IMG/VR virus record: IMGVR_UViG_3300049172_000092
Location: 1 to 27,804 of that record
DNA length: 27,804 nucleotides
Reading direction: 5' to 3' (one strand)
Origin: a virus
Lineage: Duplodnaviria; Caudoviricetes
Shown here: positions 1 through 7,072 of the stretch, in pieces
How positions within the stretch are numbered: the stretch's first letter is position 1
How the letters are laid out: each line of letters begins with the position of its first letter
The notes under the pieces: model-generated
What the model was told of the DNA's origin: nothing
The model's database searches: none
Seen by the model: the letters and a program-made list of their open reading frames with translations, nothing else
Position numbers and translations under genes: made by a program

Positions 1-99
1 ATCTCCGGCGTCGTCACCGGCAAGGGCAAGTTCACGGCGAAGGCCGTGACTTACACGGACGGCTTCTTCGGCGACTCGATCCGCGCCGACGTGTCCTGA
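1..99 (+). CDS. 3' end of an upstream hypothetical protein (partial)
   Basis: Frame 1 is open from base 1 (ISGVVTGKGKFTAKAVTYTDGFFGDSIRADVS) to TGA at 97-99, with GC-rich third positions, and is followed by a hairpin. Confidence 0.7.
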   Translation: MSGVVTGKGKFTAKAVTYTDGFFGDSIRADVS

Positions 100-113
100 C
101 CCACCCCGCTCCT

Positions 114-143
114 GGCCCGGCCATCCCCGTGGATGGCCGGGCC
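114..143 (+). terminator. GC-rich stem-loop, likely terminator
   Basis: Perfect 13-bp inverted repeat GGCCCGGCCATCC-ccgt-GGATGGCCGGGCC starting 15 nt after a stop codon. No U-tract, which is common in Streptomyces. Confidence 0.65.
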
Positions 144-229
144 TCGCCATGTACGGCGCCCCCGGTTGTCAACCCCTCGGTGCACCATTGACTCAGCGTC
201 ACCAGCAGCCCCAGCACCGAGGAGCCGCC

Positions 230-889
230 GTGCACGACCAGCCCCTAGCCGACTACGCGTGGCCGACCTGCGGGTGCGGCCGGCAACTCCGCCAAGACGA
301 ACTCGACCGGGTCGCCTGCCGGCTGTGCCAGGGACACGTCGACCAGGCCCTTCGGCAACTCCCCGGCTCGAACGGTCTGTACGCCCAGCTGGCCACACGC
401 CTGATGCCCGGCCGTGGCGGCGACGGGCTCGTCGTCTCCTCCTCCCGCACAGCGCCCCTCCCGCTGCGACTCGAACCGCTCAACCTCATGGCTCGCGGGG
501 GAGTGGTCACCGTTCTGCAGGAATGGCTCGTTGCCTGGCACGAACACTTCGGCTGGCGACACCCCCGCTGGAAAGGCGACCTCCAGCAGCAGCTCGCCGA
601 CGTCGTGAGCGCACTACGCGTGAACCTAGAAGGCGCAGCCACACACCCCGCGTTCGGCGACTTCGTCCAAGAAGTCACCGCCCTCGTCAGGCAGTGCGAA
701 CGGCAGATCACCGGGGAACGGAAGGAACGGCCCATCGCCGTCGCCTGTCCGTGCGGCGGGATACTCCGCGTCACCATCTCCACCCCAGGCACCCGCTGCC
801 GAGGCTGCGACACCCAGTACGCGCGGACGGAAGTTCTCGACCTGCCGCTGGCATCCAGGACGGCTGGGCAAACAGGAGCTGCAGCATGA
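230..889 (+). CDS. Cys-rich (two putative Zn sites) phage protein, candidate late-gene regulator
   Basis: GTG at 230 with RBS GAGGAG at 219-224 (ORF track starts at 149). 219 aa with CGC..CRLC near the N-terminus and CPC..CRGC near the C-terminus. Regulatory role is inferred from position only. Confidence 0.75.
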   Translation: MHDQPLADYAWPTCGCGRQLRQDELDRVACRLCQGHVDQALRQLPGSNGLYAQLATRLMPGRGGDGLVVSSSRTAPLPLRLEPLNLMARGGVVTVLQEWLVAWHEHFGWRHPRWKGDLQQQLADVVSALRVNLEGAATHPAFGDFVQEVTALVRQCERQITGERKERPIAVACPCGGILRVTISTPGTRCRGCDTQYARTEVLDLPLASRTAGQTGAAA

Positions 890-1425
890 GCGAGATCGCC
901 GACTTCTTGCGGGCCCGCATAACCGAACGGCGCGCACTCGCTGACAGCATCCACAGTCGAGACTGCGAGTCGGTGCCCGACATCCTGTACCCGGACCGGG
1001 AGACGGGTGCGTGCGACTGCGGCGAACCGGCGACCGTCATTGCCGACTGCGACGCCAAGCTCGCTCTCATCAACGAGATCGAACCGGCCCTGGATGAGAA
1101 CCTGGAGCCAGCAACCGACGCCGAACTGCACGCGCTGGAATCCCACTCTGCCTACGAGTACCGCACCACAAGCGGGCCTCGGAAGCAGTGGGATGACGTC
1201 GACATGCCGCCCTGCGACGACAATGGCGACCCCGAACCCGGATGGGAGCGCAACACCGACGCAGGCCGCGACGGCTGGGAACGCTTCGACTACACCGAAG
1301 AGTCCTACTGGCGGCGCCTGCGCCCCGACGGGCCGCGTTCCGTGCACCTTCCCCGCACGCTCCGCATCCTCGCCCAGCCATACGCTGGGCACCCAGACCA
1401 CAGCGGCGACGAGTGGGCGCTCTGA
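886..1425 (+). CDS. DUF6221-like phage protein
   Basis: ATG at 886 overlaps the upstream TGA; RBS AGGAG. N-terminal IADFLRARITE and C-terminal LRILAQPYAGHPDH..EW match the DUF6221 pattern as I recall it. 179 aa. Confidence 0.75.
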   Translation: MSEIADFLRARITERRALADSIHSRDCESVPDILYPDRETGACDCGEPATVIADCDAKLALINEIEPALDENLEPATDAELHALESHSAYEYRTTSGPRKQWDDVDMPPCDDNGDPEPGWERNTDAGRDGWERFDYTEESYWRRLRPDGPRSVHLPRTLRILAQPYAGHPDHSGDEWAL

Positions 1426-1461
1426 TCGGGCAGCCTGAACCCCGAAACCCTCAACCACAAC

Positions 1462-1491
1462 TTGACAGTTCACCTGCACCGAAGTCATGAT
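1462..1491 (+). promoter_or_regulatory. sigma70/HrdB-type promoter, candidate late promoter
   Basis: Perfect -35 TTGACA (1462-1467), 18-nt spacer, -10-like CATGAT (1486-1491), intergenic and at the head of a ~25 kb co-directional gene run. Confidence 0.6.
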
Positions 1492-1516
1492 CTGCTCAAC
1501 TAGCCTTCGTGCGCTT

Positions 1517-1544
1517 TGAGGCCCACCCCAACCGGTGGGCCTCA
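1517..1544 (+). terminator. Promoter-proximal stem-loop (terminator or attenuator candidate)
   Basis: 11-bp perfect stem TGAGGCCCACC-ccaacc-GGTGGGCCTCA between the promoter and the first downstream RBS. Confidence 0.55.
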
Positions 1545-1567
1545 GCCATATCCCAAGGGGTGAACCG

Positions 1568-1783
1568 ATGCCCCTCGCACTCGTCAGCGCCCAAGACGCC
1601 GCCTGGTACACAGGCCGGCCCGTCGGAACCATCTGGCGGTGGGCATCCGAAGGGCGCATCACCAGCCACGAGGGCCGATACGACGTCCGCGAACTCCCCG
1701 GGAAGACCGTCGACGAGGTCACCGGGGAAGTCCACCTCGGCGACCCGCCACCGCTTCCCCAGCACACGGCCCGCGCCGCCTAG
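1568..1783 (+). CDS. Small helix-turn-helix DNA-binding protein (MerR/excisionase-like HTH)
   Basis: ATG 1568 with RBS AAGGGG. 71 aa with SAQDAAWYTGRPVGTIWRWASEGRIT..RYDVREL, a typical HTH-plus-wing pattern. Confidence 0.8.
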   Translation: MPLALVSAQDAAWYTGRPVGTIWRWASEGRITSHEGRYDVRELPGKTVDEVTGEVHLGDPPPLPQHTARAA

Positions 1784-1786
1784 TTC

Positions 1787-1828
1787 GTCCCGCCGTCCGA
1801 ACAATCCCCCCGTCACGGACGGCGGGAC
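1787..1828 (+). terminator. Stem-loop after the HTH gene
   Basis: 13-bp inverted repeat GTCCCGCCGTCCG (1787-1799) / CGGACGGCGGGAC (1816-1828) with a 16-nt loop, 3 nt after the stop. Confidence 0.55.
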
Positions 1829-1870
1829 TCCACCTTGCGCCACGCGGCGCCCATCCCGTAGGAGACCGCC

Positions 1871-2317
1871 GTGGCCAACATCGTGTTCAACGTCGCACTC
1901 GGCAAGGTCAAGTACTACGCCGAGCTGCCCGCCGCGAACGACGCCCTGATTGCAGTGCCGATCGAAACGACAGGCATTGCCTCCGACGCCACCATGCGCG
2001 ACTACGACGACCTCGCCGCGCTACTGGCCGGCGCGTCCAACGAGCAGACGACTGCTGGCCGCAAGACCCTCACCGGCGTCACCGTCACCGTCGACGACAC
2101 CAACGACCGGGTGGCCGTCGACAGCGCGGACATCACTTGGACCGCCGCCACGGGCAACGCGATCTCGGCCCTCGTCATCTGCTACGACCCCGACACTACG
2201 ACGGGCACCGACACCGACCTGATCCCCCTCGTCAAGCTCGACTTCGCCATCACGCCAGACGGCAGTGACGTCACCGCCACCGTCGCCGACCTCTACCGCG
2301 CCACCTCCGCGGCATAG
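1871..2317 (+). CDS. Putative virion structural protein (minor tail or fibre-associated)
   Basis: GTG with RBS AGGAG. 148 aa, Thr/Ala/Asp/Val-rich, beta-strand pattern (TLTGVTVTVDDTNDRVAVDSADITWT). Structural role is inferred from composition. Confidence 0.7.
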   Translation: MANIVFNVALGKVKYYAELPAANDALIAVPIETTGIASDATMRDYDDLAALLAGASNEQTTAGRKTLTGVTVTVDDTNDRVAVDSADITWTAATGNAISALVICYDPDTTTGTDTDLIPLVKLDFAITPDGSDVTATVADLYRATSAA

Positions 2318-2328
2318 GAAGGTGAGCC

Positions 2329-3273
2329 GTGGCCCTCCTCGGCACCCTCAAAGATGGCTTTGACGACGGCAGCATCAACACCAGCCTGTGGACCGGGAAC
2401 TACGGCGACCTCATCGAATCCGGCGGCCGAATCCGCATTCCCTGCACCACCGGATACGCGGGACTCAAATCGGCCAGCACCTACACCCTGACCGGCTCTC
2501 AGATCCTGCTGCGCGCCTATCCGCCCGCCGCAGGTGGTGCCACAAGCGCCGCAGCATCCATCCTCGTTCTGTCCTCGACAGGCGGAACCGACGCCGGATT
2601 CATTGTCGACCGAGCTCAAAACGCCATCGGCCTCTACAGCCGGGTCGGATACGCCGACGGCAGCGCCGTGTTCCTCACCTACTCGGCCACCGACCACGCC
2701 TGGCTGCGCCTCCGCGAAACCGGTGGCACCCTCTTCTGGGACACCAGTGCCGACGGCGTCAGCTGGACCAACCGCCGAACTGCAAGCACCCCGGCCTGGG
2801 CGGGCGACGCCAACCTTGCGTTCCTCATCGAAGCCCACCGCGACGCCGGCACCGACGACTACGCCGAAGCCGACTACGTCAACCTGCCGCCGGTCAACGT
2901 CGCGCTCGGCGCCGCCAGCGAAACCAGCACTGCGCAGACGGCCACCCGAAGTAAGACGAGGGCCGCGGGCTTCGCCAGCGAAACCGCCACCGTGATCGGG
3001 CCTGGACGAGTCAAAGCCCGGACGATGACCGCAGCGGCGAGCAGCGAGACGGCACAACCCCTCGGCCGGACCAAAGCGCTCGCCCTCGGCCCGGCATCCA
3101 GCACGGAAGACGCCATCGCTTTCGGACGCCGCAAGACCCGCAGCGTCACCGCGGCAGCCGAGGCGGACACCGTGCAACCTGTCGGCGTCAGCGTCACATC
3201 CGTCGACCACGCCTACACCGTTGGTGCACCGCGCAGCCTGTGGGATGCCGCGATCGGAGAACCGGGAGGGTGA
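2329..3273 (+). CDS. Putative fibre protein: N-terminal lectin/ConA-like beta-sandwich plus C-terminal 20-aa repeats
   Basis: GTG with RBS GGAAGGTGA. DGFDDGSINTSLW start and WLRLRETGGTLFWDTSADGVSWT are typical of ConA-like sandwiches. Repeats at 2908-3207. Confidence 0.7.
   Translation: MALLGTLKDGFDDGSINTSLWTGNYGDLIESGGRIRIPCTTGYAGLKSASTYTLTGSQILLRAYPPAAGGATSAAASILVLSSTGGTDAGFIVDRAQNAIGLYSRVGYADGSAVFLTYSATDHAWLRLRETGGTLFWDTSADGVSWTNRRTASTPAWAGDANLAFLIEAHRDAGTDDYAEADYVNLPPVNVALGAASETSTAQTATRSKTRAAGFASETATVIGPGRVKARTMTAAASSETAQPLGRTKALALGPASSTEDAIAFGRRKTRSVTAAAEADTVQPVGVSVTSVDHAYTVGAPRSLWDAAIGEPGG
2908..3207 (+). repeat. Five degenerate in-frame 60-bp (20-aa) repeats
   Basis: GAASETSTAQTATRSKTRAA / GFASETATVIGPGRVKARTM / TAAASSETAQPLGRTKALAL / GPASSTEDAIAFGRRKTRSV / TAAAEADTVQPVGVSVTSVD; conserved A at position 3 and R-x-K at 14-16 in the first four. 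Confidence 0.75.
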
Positions 3274-3277
3274 CGCC

Positions 3278-3565
3278 ATGCAACACGCGGCCAGCGACAC
3301 CCGCTATCTCCGCATCCCCGTCACCCCACCGGCAGGCGTCGACCTGTCCACCGCCCCGGTGAAGATCGCCGTCGTCTCTCACCGCACCAACCCCACCGCA
3401 GCGGAATGGCATCCCGCCGTGTGGGACTCGGGTAACGCCCGCATCCTCATCGGACCAGGCGGAGCGGTAGCCCCAACGCGAGGCGACTGGCGAGTGTGGA
3501 TCACGTTCGACCCGCCCGGCGCCGAGAACATCGTCGAACTCGCCGGCTACCTCAGCGTCATCTAG
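3278..3565 (+). CDS. Small beta-rich (Ig-like/BppU-like) putative structural protein
   Basis: ATG 3278 with RBS GGGAGG. 95 aa, pattern ARILIGPGG..RGDWRVWITF..ENIVELAGYLSV. Confidence 0.7.
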   Translation: MQHAASDTRYLRIPVTPPAGVDLSTAPVKIAVVSHRTNPTAAEWHPAVWDSGNARILIGPGGAVAPTRGDWRVWITFDPPGAENIVELAGYLSVI

Positions 3566-3753
3566 CTGCGGTCACGCCACGGCCGATCGCGTCCGTGGTC
3601 CCGATCCACCCGCATCTGCCGGCCGTAGCCCACGAACACGACGATCATCGCCACGACCGACAGCAGCATCAGCACTGGCTGGCCCCACACCCAGCCGACC
3701 ACCAGCACGCACAACGCTGCCACCAGAACTCCGGCAGCTACATTCCCCTGCAC
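3562..3753 (-). CDS. Small two-TM membrane protein, antisense to the late operon
   Basis: GTG at 3753 preceded by GGGGGTGGTGAC. 63 aa with two hydrophobic segments (VAAGVLVAALCVLVVGWVW, PVLMLLSVVAMIVVFVGY) and a charged tail. Fills the gap between + genes; its stop overlaps the stop at 3563-3565. Confidence 0.65.
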   Translation of the reverse strand: MQGNVAAGVLVAALCVLVVGWVWGQPVLMLLSVVAMIVVFVGYGRQMRVDRDHGRDRPWRDRS

Positions 3754-3796
3754 GTCACCACCCCCAAGCTGCACACGGTACGGAGAGGAAAGCGCG

Positions 3797-4045
3797 ATGG
3801 CTACCTCTGGTGACGGCCTGGCCTTCAGCGGATCGATGGATGCCTTTACCGTCGCGCCCCCCACGCCACCCCGCATCATCATCTCCTCTGAAAATGGGAC
3901 GCCTCTCGTCACCATTCACCCCAACGGCACACTGGAGTACGGACCCGGCTACAGCCCAGACGAGGCGGCCCGCCGCTTCTGGGATGCGATGCGCGTCTAC
4001 ATGCCGACGCGGTGCGGTCACGTGCCAGGCCAGCAGGTGGACTGA
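3797..4045 (+). CDS. Hypothetical phage protein
   Basis: ATG with RBS AGAGGA. 82 aa; stop overlaps the HNH start (TGATG). Confidence 0.7.
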   Translation: MATSGDGLAFSGSMDAFTVAPPTPPRIIISSENGTPLVTIHPNGTLEYGPGYSPDEAARRFWDAMRVYMPTRCGHVPGQQVD

Positions 4046-4431
4046 TGCCCAGACGCGGGGGATACCGGGTGTGCACCGTACCCGGGTGCCCGGCCTACAC
4101 CCGGGGTGGCGGTCGCTGCGACGAGCATCGGAGTGAGGCGGAGCAGAGGCGAGGCACGGCAAGACAGCGAGGCTACGGACGAGGGCATGAGACCCGCTTC
4201 CGCCCAGCCGTCCTCGCCCGCAACCCAACGTGCGTGTGCACCGACGAGGAGCATGGCCACGGCTCACCGTGCGGGCAACGGTCCGTGCACGCAGACCACT
4301 GGCCGCTCAGCCGGCGCGACCTCGTGGCCCAAGGCCTCGACCCCAACGATCCGAAGCACGGCCGCGGACTGTGCGGTCCATGCCACAGCAGGAGCACGGC
4401 ACGCGAGCAGCCAGGAGGCTGGAACCGATGA
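4045..4431 (+). CDS. Terminase-associated HNH endonuclease (HK97 gp74-like)
   Basis: 128 aa. N-terminal C-x4-C..C-xx-H, RGTARQRGY, then C..C..HADH..LCGPCHSRST. Located just upstream of the terminase genes. Confidence 0.85.
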   Translation: MPRRGGYRVCTVPGCPAYTRGGGRCDEHRSEAEQRRGTARQRGYGRGHETRFRPAVLARNPTCVCTDEEHGHGSPCGQRSVHADHWPLSRRDLVAQGLDPNDPKHGRGLCGPCHSRSTAREQPGGWNR

Positions 4432-4652
4432 CCATGAAGGCCAAGGCGAAGGACGACGAGGGCGAGACGACAGAGGCGACGGAAGAGGTGGTGAGGGTCG
4501 AGGAGGTGCCGTTGTGCGGCGCCCCGCACTACCTGCCCATGCTCGCCCACCTGACCTGCACCCAGCCGGCCGCCGACCCGGACCTGCCGCCCGGCACTCC
4601 GGAGCACGAGCATCGGCACCAGGACGGGGACGCGATCTACGTCTGGCGGTGA
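4428..4652 (+). CDS. Small acidic hypothetical protein with Cys/His cluster
   Basis: ATGA overlap with the HNH stop; RBS AGGAGG. 74 aa, LCGAPH..LTC..HEHRH. Confidence 0.7.
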   Translation: MTMKAKAKDDEGETTEATEEVVRVEEVPLCGAPHYLPMLAHLTCTQPAADPDLPPGTPEHEHRHQDGDAIYVWR

Positions 4653-4703
4653 CCACCCAGGGTGTCATCGCAGGCCCCGGCCGGCGGATTTCCGTCACGG
4701 AGA

Positions 4704-4816
4704 GTCATGATCACCTGGGGGGAGACCCCATGATCAAGATTCGACAGGGACCGCCGGGGAGGTGGCTCCCCCTCTGTACGGATCTGGAAGGTCCGTGATC
4801 GCGGGTTGATCATGAC
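4704..4816. other. Candidate cos / packaging initiation region
   Basis: Non-coding gap between the HNH cluster and terS. Inverted 10-mers GTCATGATCA (4704-4713) and TGATCATGAC (4807-4816) are centred on 4760, at ACCGCCGGGGAGG. Cos assignment is inferred from position. Confidence 0.5.
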
Positions 4817-4830
4817 GCAGCGTTACCCAA

Positions 4831-4871
4831 CGCCGGCCGCAACGGCGGGCGCTGACGTGCCGCAACGGCAC
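4831..4871 (+). promoter_or_regulatory. Tandem CAA-loop hairpin pair upstream of terS
   Basis: CGCC-g-GCCG-caa-CGGC-g-GGCG (4831-4851), 5-nt linker, GTGCCG-caa-CGGCAC (4857-4871), then SD GGAG at 4874-4877. Confidence 0.55.
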
Positions 4872-4887
4872 TTGGAGTTGATCAGTC

Positions 4888-5505
4888 ATGGCAGGTATGG
4901 GACCTCCCCCCAAGCCGGCCGGGGAGCGGCGCAGGCGCAACGCCACTGTCGCGATGACCCGACTGCCGGCGGGCGGCCGACAGGGCGATCCGCCCAAGTG
5001 GCCGCTGATTGCTGACGTGGTGGCCACGACTCACCGGGACATGGCCCGACGACAGGCCGACGAGTACGAGTTGCAGCTGCTGGAGCCTGATCTGCAAGGC
5101 CGTCAGCGGGCTGCGGTGCAGCGGAAGTTGGACGGCGCGCAGTCGGCGGCGACGGTGCTGGACAAGCAGATCGAGGCCACGGCCGCCCTGGAGGCGGAGC
5201 TGTGGCGGGATCTGTGGGCGACTCCGCAGGCGGTGGCCTGGGAGCGGCTGGGCTGGACCCGGGAGGTCGCCCAGTACGTCCGCTGGAAGGTGAAGGCGGA
5301 ACTCGGTGACCTGGACGCCTCGAAGGAGGCCCGACAGTTGGGTGACCGGCTGGGGCTGACGCCGTTGGCGCTGCTGCGGCTGCGCTGGGAGATCGCGCCG
5401 GACGAGGTGGCCGAGCAGCGGCAGGAGCGCACCACGCAGGCGCGCAAGAAGACGGCACGGCAGCGGCTGAGAGTGGTCGACTCGGATGCCGTGGCGGGGT
5501 CCTGA
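4888..5505 (+). CDS. terS: Terminase small subunit
   Basis: MAGMGPPPKP..RRRRN start, PPKWPL..LWRDLWATPQAVAW, DRLGLTPLALLRLRWEI; typical actinophage TerS; overlaps terL. Confidence 0.9.
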   Translation: MAGMGPPPKPAGERRRRNATVAMTRLPAGGRQGDPPKWPLIADVVATTHRDMARRQADEYELQLLEPDLQGRQRAAVQRKLDGAQSAATVLDKQIEATAALEAELWRDLWATPQAVAWERLGWTREVAQYVRWKVKAELGDLDASKEARQLGDRLGLTPLALLRLRWEIAPDEVAEQRQERTTQARKKTARQRLRVVDSDAVAGS

Positions 5506-7057
5506 GCATCCGGGCGAGTTCCCCACGCTGGGCTGGCTGGTCGGGGAGTGGATTGAATCCCACTGCGTCATCCCGGACGGCGATGACATTGGTGAGCCGT
5601 ACCTGCTCACGGACGAGATGTGGACGTTCCTCGCCTGGCACTACCGGCTTCGAGCGGACGCGACTGAGGATGGCTGGCGGTCTGCGTGGCACTACCGTCG
5701 TAGCCAGCTGGTTCGCCCTCAGAAGTGGGGCAAGGGCCCGCTGACGTGCGCGATGGTGTGCGCGGAGGCGGACGGCCCGGTCCGGTTCGCTGGCTGGGAT
5801 GCGAGTGGCGAGCCGGTGGGGCGCCGGTGGGAGACGCCGTGGATTCAGATCGCCGCGACGTCCGAGGACCAGACGGACAACGTCTACCGCGCTCTCGTTC
5901 CGATGATCAACGAAGGCCCGCTGGCGGACATCATCCCGGATACGGGGGAGACCCGCATCAACGTTCCGGGCGGTGGGCGTATCGAGCCGGTCACCTCGTC
6001 GGGCCGGGCTCGCCTCGGTCAGCGGATCACGTTCGCGGTGCAGGACGAGACGCACAGCTGGGTGGAGGCGAACGGCGGTTGGAAGCTCGCCGAGACCCAG
6101 CGAAGGAACCTCTCGGGGACCGGCGGCCGGGCGGTGGAGACGACGAACGCGTGGGATCCGTCCGAGCAGAGCGTGGCGCAGCGGACCGCGGAGGCGTCCG
6201 TGAAGGACGTGTACCGCGATCACCGGGTTCCGGCGCCGGCGTCGCTGGCGAACAAGCGGGAGCGGCACAAGGCGCTGCGGCACGCCTACGGCGATTCCTC
6301 CGTTCTCGTCGGCGGCTGGGTTGATCTGGACCGCATCGACGGCGAGATGGTCGAGATCGCGGAGAAGGACCCGGCGCAGGCCGAGCGCTTCTACCTGAAC
6401 CGGATCGTCGCTGGCACGGGCGCGTTTATCGACGGAGACCGCTGGGATCTGCGCAGCCAGCCGCAGGAGGTCGGCCCGCAGGCCCTGGTGACGCTGGGAT
6501 TCGACGGCTCGGACATCGACGACTGGACCGGGATCCGCCTGGAGACTCTGGACGGCTACCAGTTCACTCCGGTGTACGGGCCAGATCGGCGGCCGACGGT
6601 CTGGAATCCGGCGGAGTGGGGCGGTCAGGTGCCGCGCCTGGAGGTCATGGCCGCGTTCGACGAGATCTTCGCCGTGTTCTCCGTCGTGCGCGCCTATCTG
6701 GACCCGCCGTACTGGGAGTCGGAGTGCGACACGCTCGCCGAGAAGTACGGAGAGAAGGTCGTCACCCGCTGGTACACGAACCGGATCGCCCAGATGCACG
6801 GCGCTGCCGAGCGGCTGGCGACGGACGTGACGAAGAAGGACTCGACGTTCCGTCATGACGGCTGCCAGTGGGCTGGCCAGCACATCCGCAACATGCGCAA
6901 GGGGGCCCGGCCCGCAGGCCGCTACGTGCTGAAGAAGGCCTCCGAGAGCCAGAAGATCGACATCGGGATGTGCTCGATCCTCACGCACGAGGCGGCCGGC
7001 GATGCGATCGCCGCCGGCCTGGCACGCACCAAGAAGCGCAAGGCGCGCGGATTCTGA
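5486..7057 (+). CDS. terL: Terminase large subunit
   Basis: 523 aa. Walker A-like RPQKWGKG, Walker B FAVQDETH, coupling motif TTNA, nuclease motifs LGFDGS..DDWT and KID. Confidence 0.95.
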   Translation: MPWRGPEHPGEFPTLGWLVGEWIESHCVIPDGDDIGEPYLLTDEMWTFLAWHYRLRADATEDGWRSAWHYRRSQLVRPQKWGKGPLTCAMVCAEADGPVRFAGWDASGEPVGRRWETPWIQIAATSEDQTDNVYRALVPMINEGPLADIIPDTGETRINVPGGGRIEPVTSSGRARLGQRITFAVQDETHSWVEANGGWKLAETQRRNLSGTGGRAVETTNAWDPSEQSVAQRTAEASVKDVYRDHRVPAPASLANKRERHKALRHAYGDSSVLVGGWVDLDRIDGEMVEIAEKDPAQAERFYLNRIVAGTGAFIDGDRWDLRSQPQEVGPQALVTLGFDGSDIDDWTGIRLETLDGYQFTPVYGPDRRPTVWNPAEWGGQVPRLEVMAAFDEIFAVFSVVRAYLDPPYWESECDTLAEKYGEKVVTRWYTNRIAQMHGAAERLATDVTKKDSTFRHDGCQWAGQHIRNMRKGARPAGRYVLKKASESQKIDIGMCSILTHEAAGDAIAAGLARTKKRKARGF

Positions 7058-7072
7058 CCGAGAGGGGGCCGG

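Noticed and set aside
188-216. TTGACT as a possible -35 upstream of the Cys-rich gene
   Set aside because: No convincing -10 at 17-18 nt spacing.
133-885. N-terminal 251 aa of the 430-aa ORF 133-1425
   Set aside because: Arg/Pro-rich off-frame translation overlapping the 230-889 gene. The real start is ATG 886 with RBS and ATGA coupling.
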